Shown: in pieces, positions 29,061-38,528 of the stretch | How positions within the stretch are numbered: the first letter of the stretch is position 1 | Layout: every line of letters begins with the position of its first letter | Assembly (NCBI GenBank): GCA_016432325.1 | Contig: CP066684.1 | Span: forward strand, 544,001 to 608,000 | DNA from: Candidatus Aenigmatarchaeota archaeon | GTDB lineage: Archaea; Aenigmatarchaeota; Aenigmatarchaeia; PWEA01; JACQIF01 | DNA: 64,000 bases | Direction of reading: 5' to 3' | The notes under the pieces: model-generated | Told to the model about the DNA's origin: nothing | The model's database searches: none | What the model saw: the letters and a program-made list of their open reading frames with translations, nothing else | Translations under genes and position numbers: made by a program

Positions 29061-31135
29061 TTCCCCCTCTTCCTGTCGCCTGCAAAGCTCATCTTGATGA
29101 CCCCGGGCGCGGCCTTGCCGCTCTTTCTCAATACGTAGAGGTCCATTCTGCTCGAACTCACGTTTGCGTGGTTGTCCTCACACTCGAAGCCGTAGAGCCT
29201 GAAGTTGTCCATCAGGTCGTTTCTGTCGGCATCGTCAAAATGCTGCGAAGGCACGACTACGATGGCCGAACCGTCGGACTTGAGAACGCGGTTGACCTCC
29301 TGCAGAACGATGGAACGCTCCTTTTTCGGCTCGGCTATGTGGAGGGCCAGAGAGAGGTTGACGAATCCAAAGCTACCATCGCGGTAGGGAAGCGACGAGA
29401 ACGTTCCTTCGGCGTGTGTACTATATGTGAGGCCGAGCTTGCCGCGACCGACCTTGAGGTTGGCTCTGTTGATGTCCAATATATAGGTGGGATGCCCACC
29501 GTGATAAGCGAGCATGCCCGCGCCGCCCGCGAGGTCGAGCCAAGGCTCGCTTGGAGCCAGCTTCTCTGCCACAGGCACGTATATGCTGGCCGCCTTCTTC
29601 GCGCCGCTGTAGTTCGGGTACATCTCGGCTATCTGCTTGGCGACCTCCGGATTCTTTTTAATTCTTCGCAAGGCTCCATCGGTTCCTATGCTCGGCCACT
29701 TCATGTAGTAGTCGAGGACTATCCTGTTGGTCGTCTTGATGGAGTTTTTAATCTTCGGGACCGTGCTCCGCCCGTCCATGTTCAAGAGGTCCTCTCTGGT
29801 TAGCTTGTAGCCTGACATGAGGTAGTCGACCACGCGTTCCTTCGCCTTGAGCATGTCGTACTGGGCCTGATCGAGAGATTTCCTTGCATCGCCCGGATAC
29901 TGGGCAAGGATGTTGTAGACGGTCACGCGCTCCTTCCTCATCTCCCCCGGGCGGACGGTTCTCTTTATGCGCTGGTTGTATTCGGCCGGTGTCCACGGAA
30001 GAGATAAATTCACGACCGCTGTGGCGGCCGTCAGGTCCACGCCCTCGTTCATGACTCCCGTGGAGATAAGAACCTTTGCGCGCGGATCCGTCTGGAACTT
30101 CCGTCTAATACTTTCCCGCTCGCCGTTGGCCACGTCCACATCGCCACTGATTGATACGGCACCATAGTTGGCGTAGCGTCTCTCGAGCTTGCCGACGATG
30201 CCTTCCTTGAGATGCGTGAAGACCAAGACCTTTCCACGCTTCGTTTCGCTCTCCACTATCTCGTCGAGCTTTTCGTACTTCGGCGAGACTGCCAGACCGT
30301 TTGTGATAAGGCTCTGGTCGGCAAGGGATGTATCGAGCAAAATCTTTTCCAGTTGTTTTATCTTCTTGCCGGGATGTAGCCGCTTCTCCAAGACGTCGTT
30401 GTAGGCCTCGAGCCAGCGACCGTCCATTTCAAGCATGACGTTCCGCTCCTTCCACTGGGGGAGTGCGTGACCTATGTAGTCTTGGGCGTTGCCGCGAATC
30501 ATTTTCCTCTGTATCAGGTGCTTGAAAACCTGAGGATCGTTCCAATAGATTGCCTCAAACTTCTGCCTCGCCTCCCTGTTTATGTCAGGGCTGTCTGAGA
30601 GCGGATATTCTTGAGGCTCCAACAGATGCATCAGCATATAGACATCGCTGATGGTATTGGGAACCGGTGTTCCGGAAAGTAGCGTAACGTACTCAGGATC
30701 TTCCGCGAGGCTGCGGATACTCTGGCTCCTGATGGCGCTGGGATTCTTGGTGTTGTGAACCTCGTCGAGAATGATATGGTCGAACCCATTCCTTTTCATC
30801 TTTCTGATAAACCCGTCCTTCCCGTGGGAGAGGAAGTCATAGTGAACTATCGTCCATTCGCTCGTGCCGTCCCATTTCTGGTAGCTGTCAACCGTCAGGT
30901 CAAAGACTTCCTGACCTCTAGGATATGCCCATGTCTCGATTTCATCCTTCCATTTAGACTTGACCGAGTTTGGGCAGACCACCAGGGCCTTTGTGTCGGT
31001 GTCATCACGTCTTATGACATTGTCGACGAAGACTGCCTGAGCTGATTTGTACATGCCCATGTCATGGGCTATAAGGAACCTCTTCTTCTCATACGCGCTC
31101 TTGACGCTGACATATTGAAATGGCTGCAGTTTCAT
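29057..31135 (-). CDS. SNF2-family helicase fused to C-terminal class I SAM-dependent methyltransferase
   Basis: HDMGMYKS (motif I), DEVH, LSGTP, EGVDLTAA, QRIKRTVRPG; LDLAGGAG, LPYRDGSF, EVNRVLKSDG. Confidence 0.88.
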   Translation of the reverse strand: MKLQPFQYVSVKSAYEKKRFLIAHDMGMYKSAQAVFVDNVIRRDDTDTKALVVCPNSVKSKWKDEIETWAYPRGQEVFDLTVDSYQKWDGTSEWTIVHYDFLSHGKDGFIRKMKRNGFDHIILDEVHNTKNPSAIRSQSIRSLAEDPEYVTLLSGTPVPNTISDVYMLMHLLEPQEYPLSDSPDINREARQKFEAIYWNDPQVFKHLIQRKMIRGNAQDYIGHALPQWKERNVMLEMDGRWLEAYNDVLEKRLHPGKKIKQLEKILLDTSLADQSLITNGLAVSPKYEKLDEIVESETKRGKVLVFTHLKEGIVGKLERRYANYGAVSISGDVDVANGERESIRRKFQTDPRAKVLISTGVMNEGVDLTAATAVVNLSLPWTPAEYNQRIKRTVRPGEMRKERVTVYNILAQYPGDARKSLDQAQYDMLKAKERVVDYLMSGYKLTREDLLNMDGRSTVPKIKNSIKTTNRIVLDYYMKWPSIGTDGALRRIKKNPEVAKQIAEMYPNYSGAKKAASIYVPVAEKLAPSEPWLDLAGGAGMLAYHGGHPTYILDINRANLKVGRGKLGLTYSTHAEGTFSSLPYRDGSFGFVNLSLALHIAEPKKERSIVLQEVNRVLKSDGSAIVVVPSQHFDDADRNDLMDNFRLYGFECEDNHANVSSSRMDLYVLRKSGKAAPGVIKMSFAGDRKRGK

Positions 31136-31316
31136 GTCTACCCCAAACGGTATGGATAGGAAGTTTTAAATAGGTCACCACCTATGGACGACGACGTCTA
31201 ATTGACATCAATGGATCCACCACAAGCTGTGCCTATAGAAGCAACTGTCTGTTCGGCCGATGGTCGACCCATAGACTCTCTCACTCCGATATTAATATGG
31301 TTAGAGAATATCATTC

Positions 31317-32333
31317 ATGCCGTCCCTACGCGACTGCCTTCTGGCAGGCCAGAAACAGAAGGCTCTTGAAAAGCTCAAGGACGCGGACCGCAGAGAGGCG
31401 CTCAACGCGCTCTTTTTCGCGGCCGCCCACTCGAAGGACGCGTACTCTCTCGTACTGGTCGATTCGGTGCGCGAGGCTCTGGACTACTTCCCCGAGGACG
31501 ACAAAACGCTCCTCAGAGCGTGCGCCCTGCGGATGATGGAAACGAAGAAAAGGGACTGGAAAGAGCCTCGGCCCGTGAAATACTCGGGAGACCCTCTCAA
31601 ACACTATCTGGACGCGTTGAGAAGCAACAAGCCGGAGGATGCTCGTTTTTTGTCGCGTGAGGTGCTGAAGAAGGTCGGACTGAAAACGCTCGCGGACTCA
31701 TGGCTGCACGGGACAGTGGAAAATCCGGGACCAGCCGGCACGCACTTCGTCGTGGCGAGCGCTTGCAGGCGCACTCTGGCGTTCGCCGATTCTGAGACTA
31801 CAGAACCTCTCCTGTTCTGGGCGTCCGAATATTTCGCGGGAAAGATTCCTCAGAAGACGGAGGAGGCCATAGAAGTGGAGGACTTCGAAGAGCTGACGTC
31901 TGATGTGGAGAGGCTCAAGAGGATATCGATGCGGCCCGGAGAAGCGTGTTCAAACATCGTTTTCATGCACAGGATAAAGCAGAACCTGAACGCCGTGGGA
32001 CGCCACCACATCGCGCACCTCGTCGGCGTCGTGGAGGAAGCCGCGAAGAAGAGCGAAGAGGTTTCCCTGGTCGTGGGAAAGAAGGACGGAACTTTAAAAG
32101 GACTGAAAGAGGCGCTTGAGAAAGAGGACATGGGTCTGGTCGCGGCTTCCATGGGCGCGCTCGTCGACGAGAACTTCGACGACCTGTGCGTAGAACTGCT
32201 GCGATACGCGTCCGCTAAAAATGACCCGAAGGCTCTGATAGCCATGCACGCCGCGTGCGAAATCGCGAGAACGATGGCTCTGGACACGGCGCTGCCGCTC
32301 GCTCAGGCGACCGCGTATGTGTCTACAGTGTGA
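31317..32333 (+). CDS. Hypothetical all-helical protein
   Basis: Long ORF with typical codon usage; TATA-like element upstream. Confidence 0.7.
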   Translation: MPSLRDCLLAGQKQKALEKLKDADRREALNALFFAAAHSKDAYSLVLVDSVREALDYFPEDDKTLLRACALRMMETKKRDWKEPRPVKYSGDPLKHYLDALRSNKPEDARFLSREVLKKVGLKTLADSWLHGTVENPGPAGTHFVVASACRRTLAFADSETTEPLLFWASEYFAGKIPQKTEEAIEVEDFEELTSDVERLKRISMRPGEACSNIVFMHRIKQNLNAVGRHHIAHLVGVVEEAAKKSEEVSLVVGKKDGTLKGLKEALEKEDMGLVAASMGALVDENFDDLCVELLRYASAKNDPKALIAMHAACEIARTMALDTALPLAQATAYVSTV

Positions 32334-32769
32334 CTTGCAGGGCGTCGCCGACATCAACGCCGTGCTTCTCCGCAAAGCCGCCCTGAACTTCTATCGCATA
32401 ACGGAACGCGACAGGTGAGGCGTACGTCGGACACTCTTCTTCAAAACACGGAGGCAGGTTCCTGAAGAGCGCGACCACTTTCAAGTCGTCCGAGAGAAGC
32501 ACTATATCCAGTTCTTGCGGCACGTCCTTCATCCAGAACGCTCCGCGCGCCGGCGCGCCGAAAACGAAGAGCATGCCTTCGTTCTCTTTTATCGTCGTAT
32601 TCATGAGCCCGCGCTCGCGTTCTTCTGGCGAGTCCGCTATCGAGAGGCTGGTCCGATAGCCATCGTCTGTGGTCAGAAGCGCGCCTCCCGAAGGGCCCGC
32701 GAACTGCAAAGCGAAGACGAAGAGAGCGCCGAGGATGGCTATTGGCATGAACACGGCAAAAGGTCTCAT
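32323..32769 (-). CDS. DUF192 family protein
   Basis: ADSPEERERGLM, GMLFVF, FWMKD, YAIEVQGG. Confidence 0.9.
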   Translation of the reverse strand: MRPFAVFMPIAILGALFVFALQFAGPSGGALLTTDDGYRTSLSIADSPEERERGLMNTTIKENEGMLFVFGAPARGAFWMKDVPQELDIVLLSDDLKVVALFRNLPPCFEEECPTYASPVAFRYAIEVQGGFAEKHGVDVGDALQVTL

Positions 32770-32833
32770 AACAGCGCCCCGCACGCAGACATTGTTCTTG
32801 ATATTTATATGGTCTTCGCCTATACGAAACCGT

Positions 32834-33403
32834 ATGAACAAAGGCGTTTTGGCCCTGATTCTCGTGGGAGCTATCGTAATAGGATATTCCTTGTATGTCA
32901 CGTACCAATCGGGAGCCGCTGACAGGGGAGTCGTGACGTGCACGACCGACGGAACGTGCGTATGGACGCAGCACATACACGCGTACGTTCCTGTGGAGAT
33001 ATGCGGCGAGCGCGTGGACCTCGGAATAGATGAAGGAGAACTCGGCGACGTGCATACGCACAAGGAGGAGAACGTCATCCACCTTCATACGGCGCTTCCC
33101 TACGATCCTCAAACGCACAACGTGACAAACGCTACGCAACTCAGGCTTGGAACGTTCTTCGACTCGATTGGAACGCGATTCGACCGGACGGGCGTGCTGG
33201 ACAAGACAAACGGAGACGCGTGTCCTGACGGAACGGGAACGCTCAAGATGTTCGTCAACGGGCGCGCGAACGAAGAGTACGGGCAATACGTCTGGAGCAA
33301 CCGTGACGTCATCTTCATAGCCTTCGATAACAGGACAGCAGACGAGATAGAAACCGAGTTGGCCGAGAACCCGATAGCGTTCCCGACTGTAGGAGCGGAG
33401 TAA
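32834..33403 (+). CDS. Membrane-anchored His-rich putative metal-binding protein
   Basis: N-terminal TM; HIHA, VHTH, IHLH; LKMFVNG; paralogue of 37251-37757. Confidence 0.7.
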   Translation: MNKGVLALILVGAIVIGYSLYVTYQSGAADRGVVTCTTDGTCVWTQHIHAYVPVEICGERVDLGIDEGELGDVHTHKEENVIHLHTALPYDPQTHNVTNATQLRLGTFFDSIGTRFDRTGVLDKTNGDACPDGTGTLKMFVNGRANEEYGQYVWSNRDVIFIAFDNRTADEIETELAENPIAFPTVGAE

Positions 33404-33404
33404 G

Positions 33405-34262
33405 ATGGACATGCGGAGGATTGTGTTCGCGCTTTCGTCTCTCGCGGCTGTCGCCGCCCCGGTCTACGCGCAGGGCGTTGTCATAGAGGCTCCTAACCTA
33501 TCGCTTCCCATCCTGATCGGCCTCGCGCTGATAGACTCGATAAATCCGTGCGTCATCGGCGTGCTGATTCTGCTCATGACAGTCCTGCTCAAGGTGGGAA
33601 ACAGGAAAGCCATACTGTCGAACGGCGCGGCTTACACGGCCGGCGTCTACTTCACCTATCTGATAGGAGGCATGACTCTTCTTACCGTGTTCAATCTCGC
33701 GCGAACGCTGACCGCTGTCAGCCAGGCGCTGTACGTCGCCATAGGGGCGCTCGTGCTGTTCGCCGGGCTCCTCGAAACGAAAGATTTCTTCTGGTACGGC
33801 CGCTGGTACAGTTTGTCGATACCCGCCGGCCTCGTACACATGGTAGAGGAACGGGCGTCAGGAGCTCACGCGAGTCTCGCGGCAGCGATGTCGTTCGGTT
33901 TCGTCGTCACGCTCATTGAACTGCCGTGCACAGGCGCTCCGTATCTGGCCGTTCTGACGTTAATGTCCCAGGGAGGTCTGAACTACGTGACGGCTCTGCC
34001 CATGTTGCTGCTATACAACCTAGTGTTCGTGTTGCCTTTGTTGGTGATAATATACCTGGCGTACAAAGGAATGGAGATGAAGAGGCTCGAGTCTCTGCGC
34101 AAGGAGCACAGGGGACTGATGCGCCTCGCGATAGGACTGGCCCTTCTGGCGGTCGGCGTGTGGATTGTGACTGCTGTTGCGGACGTATTCGTTCCGCTCG
34201 TATTGTTCCTGTCAGGCGCAATAGCGCTGATGGCGGTTTTGAAATATGTCTTCAAAGTCTAG
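33405..34262 (+). CDS. CcdA-like (cytochrome c biogenesis/GAP family) membrane protein
   Basis: DSINPC and ELPCTGAPY motifs; multi-TM. Confidence 0.85.
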   Translation: MDMRRIVFALSSLAAVAAPVYAQGVVIEAPNLSLPILIGLALIDSINPCVIGVLILLMTVLLKVGNRKAILSNGAAYTAGVYFTYLIGGMTLLTVFNLARTLTAVSQALYVAIGALVLFAGLLETKDFFWYGRWYSLSIPAGLVHMVEERASGAHASLAAAMSFGFVVTLIELPCTGAPYLAVLTLMSQGGLNYVTALPMLLLYNLVFVLPLLVIIYLAYKGMEMKRLESLRKEHRGLMRLAIGLALLAVGVWIVTAVADVFVPLVLFLSGAIALMAVLKYVFKV

Positions 34263-34545
34263 ACGCGCAATAAGGCCGAAGAAGGTGATAAAGAAAGGCG
34301 GCCGCGCGGAAGCGTTCGACCCGCGCAAGATATTCCGCGCGGTTCTCGGGGCTTTCACGGACGCGGGCGTCGAGGACGAGAGCCTCTGCGAGAGACTGGC
34401 GAAGGAAATAACAACAGAGGTCTGCAAGAAGTACGGCGGCAAGGACGTCGACTCGAGAGAGATAAAGAAGGTCGTCGAGCGCGTGCTCGTCAAACACGGC
34501 TACAAGCGGGCCGCGAACCTCTATCTGTTGCACAGGTACATGTGA
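34246..34545 (+). CDS. Stand-alone ATP-cone domain protein
   Basis: VIKKGGRAEAFDPRKI...EI...VERVL...A..Y. Confidence 0.85.
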   Translation: MSSKSRRAIRPKKVIKKGGRAEAFDPRKIFRAVLGAFTDAGVEDESLCERLAKEITTEVCKKYGGKDVDSREIKKVVERVLVKHGYKRAANLYLLHRYM

Positions 34546-35508
34546 TTATTCGATTGAGAATATTCTCTTCGGGTTGTGGTATGTCATGGCGTCCGTCTGG
34601 TTCTCTGTCAGACCAAGCCCGGGCAGGAAGTTCTCCACAAGATCGCGATAAAGATACAGCGACGGGAATCCCGACGGGTGGCCGTCGAAGAGCTTCTCGC
34701 CGATCGTATGGGGCGCGTGGTCTGTACCGATGTAATCGGCTTTCCCGTCCTTTACTCTCTGCCTCAAATCAGCTACCGTATCTAAATCGCGCAGGGGAGG
34801 GTTCATCTTGTATATCAGGCCGTCCGGTCTCTGCAGCATCTCGTCTGTCCACATCAGATGATGCGGCGTGACTTCGACAGCGACGCGCAATTCTCCGCGA
34901 GCCGCATCTATCAGTTCCACGGACTCTGCGCACGATATGTGCGCGAAGCATACGGTTCCTTTGAAGTTCGCGTCTTTCGCCAGAAGCAACTGGTCTTTCA
35001 CGGATTCAATTTCGGCTTCCTTGGGCCTGGCGCGGGCGTGCGTTATGGGTCGCGCCGGGTTCCAAAGCTCCGGCTTCAAAAGGCTCTCTTTCTCGCAGTG
35101 CACGACCACCGGTCCCTCGTACCGCAGATTCGAGAGCGTTTGCCACACCCGTTCCTGCGCCACTTCAGAAACTATTCCGAGGTTTCCGGTCGAATGGCCG
35201 GCATAGAGCTTGAAGCCCGCCACTTCGTCGCGTTTGTGGTAGTACTCTACGGCGCCTTGTATTTGGAGATAGTCGTCGATTAATCCCATAAAAAGATAGT
35301 AGTCGCGTTTTCTTGTGCTGGGCACCATCGCCAACCGCTGGTCCACGTTCAGGTCGAGGAGGATTGGAGGGTCTGCGTTCGGCATGTCTATTATCTTCCG
35401 CACGCCCTGCTTTTCGGCGACGGCGAACGTGTTTTCTATCGTTCCTTTGTGCGCCTGCTTGCCATGCCTGCAATGCGTGTGGGCGTCTATGCGATACGGT
35501 ACGGTCAT
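34546..35508 (-). CDS. pyrC: Dihydroorotase
   Basis: DAHTHCR, DMPN, HCE, EVTPHHL, KMNPPLR, TDHAPH. Confidence 0.92.
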   Translation of the reverse strand: MTVPYRIDAHTHCRHGKQAHKGTIENTFAVAEKQGVRKIIDMPNADPPILLDLNVDQRLAMVPSTRKRDYYLFMGLIDDYLQIQGAVEYYHKRDEVAGFKLYAGHSTGNLGIVSEVAQERVWQTLSNLRYEGPVVVHCEKESLLKPELWNPARPITHARARPKEAEIESVKDQLLLAKDANFKGTVCFAHISCAESVELIDAARGELRVAVEVTPHHLMWTDEMLQRPDGLIYKMNPPLRDLDTVADLRQRVKDGKADYIGTDHAPHTIGEKLFDGHPSGFPSLYLYRDLVENFLPGLGLTENQTDAMTYHNPKRIFSIE

Positions 35509-35559
35509 CCGTTCGTGAACGCAGGGAAAGTATTTAAGCCTGCTGCGCGAACGTCACGC

Positions 35560-36684
35560 ATGAAGGCTCGCACGCTGGCGAAGATAGAGGGCATCGTAAG
35601 GCCTGTGATTTCAGACGTGATGTCGCCCGAAAACCTCATTCGGTTCTATTCCAAGGGCAGGCGGGATTTTCTCGAATTTCTGGGCGACGACAGGCCTGAG
35701 AGTTCGTATGTCCCGCCGGAGAGTCTGAAGCGCACCATGTGGGGACTGACGTTCCAAGGCCCGCTCATGAACGCCGCCGGGATGTTCAAGAACGGCGAGA
35801 GGAAGTACTACGAGGCCTCTGCGCGACAGGGCGCCGGAGCGTGGCTGGCCGGAACCGCGACCGCGTTGCCGCGGGAGGGGAACGAAGTCATGAGCATCGC
35901 CTTCCCATTCGTACCCTACGCCAGATCGCGCGCCGCTTCCAATTATCTGGGCCTGCCCAACGACGGCGATGCGACCATATCGCGCAGGCTCTCCACCATA
36001 GGAAAACTGGCGGGTTGCCCGGCGGGCGTGAGCGTGATGGGCGCGCCAGAACTGGAGGGCGATGGAAAGCTCTGGGCCCTTGTAAGCGGCATGAGATATT
36101 ACGAAGCGGCCGGCGTCGATTTCATCGAGATGAACGAGAGCTGTCCCAATACAGGACGCAGACCGCAGGAGGACGGACTGGCCGAGCGTCTTTCTTACGT
36201 CAGGGACAACTTCCTCGCCTCGCGCAAGAGAAGGCTTCCAGCGATCGCCAAGTTCTCCAACGACACGAAGGTGGAGCAGGTTCCCGGACTGATGGATCTT
36301 CTTTTCGACACGGGGTTCGACGGCGCGAACTTCGGAAACACGTCCACGGACTACAAGAATCTCGAATATTCGATAAACAAAAGAGAGCGCGAGCTTTTCA
36401 ATTACTTCACCAAAAAGTTCGGAGGCGGCGTGAGCGGAGCGCCTCTGAAAATAAGGTCGTTCGGTCTCGCGGCCGCGGCAGTGAAACACGTCAAGGAGAA
36501 CGGCCCCGAACGCGAGTTCCATGTCTGGCGCACCGGGGGGATAAACGGTCTCTCGGATCTCGCGGCGTCTGACATGATAGGAGTGTCGATGAACCAGTGG
36601 TACACCGGTTATTTTGAACGCTTCGCCAAGCACGGCCATCGGGTGTATGCGGAGCTCTACGAGAGGATGTCGGCGAAAGAATAG
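35560..36684 (+). CDS. pyrD: Dihydroorotate dehydrogenase
   Basis: NAAGMFKNG, NESCPNT, GGVSGAPL, GGI; divergent from pyrC. Confidence 0.85.
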   Translation: MKARTLAKIEGIVRPVISDVMSPENLIRFYSKGRRDFLEFLGDDRPESSYVPPESLKRTMWGLTFQGPLMNAAGMFKNGERKYYEASARQGAGAWLAGTATALPREGNEVMSIAFPFVPYARSRAASNYLGLPNDGDATISRRLSTIGKLAGCPAGVSVMGAPELEGDGKLWALVSGMRYYEAAGVDFIEMNESCPNTGRRPQEDGLAERLSYVRDNFLASRKRRLPAIAKFSNDTKVEQVPGLMDLLFDTGFDGANFGNTSTDYKNLEYSINKRERELFNYFTKKFGGGVSGAPLKIRSFGLAAAAVKHVKENGPEREFHVWRTGGINGLSDLAASDMIGVSMNQWYTGYFERFAKHGHRVYAELYERMSAKE

Positions 36685-36714
36685 CCATTTAAAGTTTGCG
36701 TGCGTTATGTGCTC

Positions 36715-37254
36715 ATGGAATACAATGGCATACTTCTGTCGGGCCTTCCGTCTTCTGGCAAGAGCACTCTTGTTAAGCTACTCAACGAGCGCACGGGCTG
36801 GAACGTCCACTCGATAGGCGACCTCTGGAGAGAGAAGCACGCGAAAGAGGCGCCAGACGTCGCGTTCAGCGAATGGTGGCCGCGACAGCCTCTCGAAGCC
36901 CAGTTCGAGGTCAATCGGCACCTGCGAGAGTTGGCCGAACGGCAGAGCGTCATCGCAGACACGAGATTCGCGCCTCCTCTCGACGGATTGCCGCTGCTCA
37001 AAGTCTTCCTGACGGCGGAAGTAGACGTTCGCGCGGAGCGTGCCGTCGCGCAGAGAAGGTACGCGACGTTCGAAGATGCAAAGGCAGACCTTCTCCTGAG
37101 AGAGGCAAGCGAAGTGGATATTGGAAAAACCATGTTCGGCGCGGACTTCGACTATAGGAAGCCGGAGCATTATCACACGGCATTAAATACGGGCCTGCTC
37201 ACACCGAAGCAGGAAATCGTGTCCGTGATGGCGCTGTTGGGGGAGAAAACGTGA
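36715..37254 (+). CDS. cmk: Cytidylate kinase-like protein
   Basis: SGLPSSGKST, SIGDLWR, KVFLTA..VRAER. Confidence 0.75.
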   Translation: MEYNGILLSGLPSSGKSTLVKLLNERTGWNVHSIGDLWREKHAKEAPDVAFSEWWPRQPLEAQFEVNRHLRELAERQSVIADTRFAPPLDGLPLLKVFLTAEVDVRAERAVAQRRYATFEDAKADLLLREASEVDIGKTMFGADFDYRKPEHYHTALNTGLLTPKQEIVSVMALLGEKT

Positions 37255-37757
37255 AGGGAAACATCGCGATAATAGGCGTTGCCGTGGTCCTTCTGACTGC
37301 CGGAGCGTTCTTCGTTACGCAGAACAGGCCGGACACGCAAGCGATGCCTGAAACGATGGAGGGCTTGCACTGGCACCCCACGCTCGCAATCTTCATCAAC
37401 GACGAACCCTATCCCGTTCCGGCTGGCGTAGGCATCACGCTGGGAAACAACGTAGACAACGACGTGAGCGGCATGCGCATGTCTCCGATACACACGCACG
37501 ACGCGAGCGGCGTGCTGCACATGGAACAACCGTATCCGCGCGAGGATACGGTCACTCTCGGTTACTTTTTCAAGGTCTGGGGCGCGCGCTTCGACGAAAC
37601 GTGCGTCATAGACTGGTGTAATGACGGGACGCGCGACGTCAAGATGTTCGTTAACGGCGAACGCAACTACGAATTCGGTTCGTACAGAATGCAGGACGGG
37701 GATGAGATAGAAATACGGTATGACGAGGGGGATTCGATGAATCCGCAGCTCACGTAA
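37251..37757 (+). CDS. Membrane-anchored His-rich putative metal-binding protein
   Basis: HWHP, IHTHD, LHME, VKMFVNG. Confidence 0.72.
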   Translation: MKGNIAIIGVAVVLLTAGAFFVTQNRPDTQAMPETMEGLHWHPTLAIFINDEPYPVPAGVGITLGNNVDNDVSGMRMSPIHTHDASGVLHMEQPYPREDTVTLGYFFKVWGARFDETCVIDWCNDGTRDVKMFVNGERNYEFGSYRMQDGDEIEIRYDEGDSMNPQLT

Positions 37758-38436
37758 CCACTCTGACGTCCACGGCCCACGCGCCTTTCTTCGAGACGAC
37801 CAGAGGGTTGAGGTCGAGTTCGCGCACGTTCTCGCGCATTCCGATTGCTGAAACGGCCTTGATTGCCTGTCTTATTGCTTTCATGTCGACGCGCTCTGAG
37901 CCGCGAGCGCCTGCAAGAATCGGATAGCCCTTTATCTCTTTTACCATTTCGTCTGCGTCTTTGTCGCTCACCGGGCAGACGCGGAACGTGACGTCCTTCA
38001 TGATCTCGACGAAGACTCCTCCGAGACCGAACGCTACTACAGGACCGAACTGCGGGTCGCGCTTCAGGCCGACGAGAACGTACGTACCTTCAACCTGCTC
38101 CTGGACGAGCGCTCCCCTGAACGTGAAACGCCGCTTGCGGCAAATCGTCCAGAACTTCTCGAAGGCTTTGTGCGCGTCCGCCTCGGAGCGCACGTCCATC
38201 ACGACCCCGCCGACGTCGCTCTTGTGCACGACATCAGGCGAAACGAGCTTCATGACCACGGGATATTTGTAGCGGCCCAGAACGCGCGACAGTTCCACGG
38301 GCGTGCGGGCGATGCCGTAGCGCGGCGTGCGTATGCGATATTTCTTTGCGAGCACCTGCGAGTCTTCAAAGGTTAGAACCTTTGAAGGGCCGGAAACCAG
38401 AGGTTTCCGTGCATCTTCGAAAGACAGAACTGCCAT
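37750..38436 (-). CDS. ADP-forming acetate/acyl-CoA ligase beta subunit (ATP-grasp)
   Basis: PVVMKLVSPDVVHKSDVGGV, RDPQFGP, LDLNPL. Confidence 0.9.
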   Translation of the reverse strand: MAVLSFEDARKPLVSGPSKVLTFEDSQVLAKKYRIRTPRYGIARTPVELSRVLGRYKYPVVMKLVSPDVVHKSDVGGVVMDVRSEADAHKAFEKFWTICRKRRFTFRGALVQEQVEGTYVLVGLKRDPQFGPVVAFGLGGVFVEIMKDVTFRVCPVSDKDADEMVKEIKGYPILAGARGSERVDMKAIRQAIKAVSAIGMRENVRELDLNPLVVSKKGAWAVDVRVVT

Positions 38437-38469
38437 AGACAGAAATGGCCAAGTCTGGTAAATAAAGAA

Positions 38470-38528
38470 GTGGTGCCCGTGGAGGGTTCAATCCCGCCAA
38501 GCAGCGGACAACCGATTTCAGAAGTCGT
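38470..38528 (-). ncRNA. Putative small RNA antisense to the neighbouring tRNA(CAG)
   Basis: AAAAGCTTAAATA BRE/TATA ~20-30 nt upstream; 16-nt perfect complement to the anticodon arm; U-rich tail. Confidence 0.45.

Noticed and set aside
38470-38528. 3' half of a split or permuted tRNA (minus strand ends ...GGGCACCA)
   Set aside because: No canonical TTC T-loop, mismatched T stem and no matching 5' half in the window; antisense reading fits better
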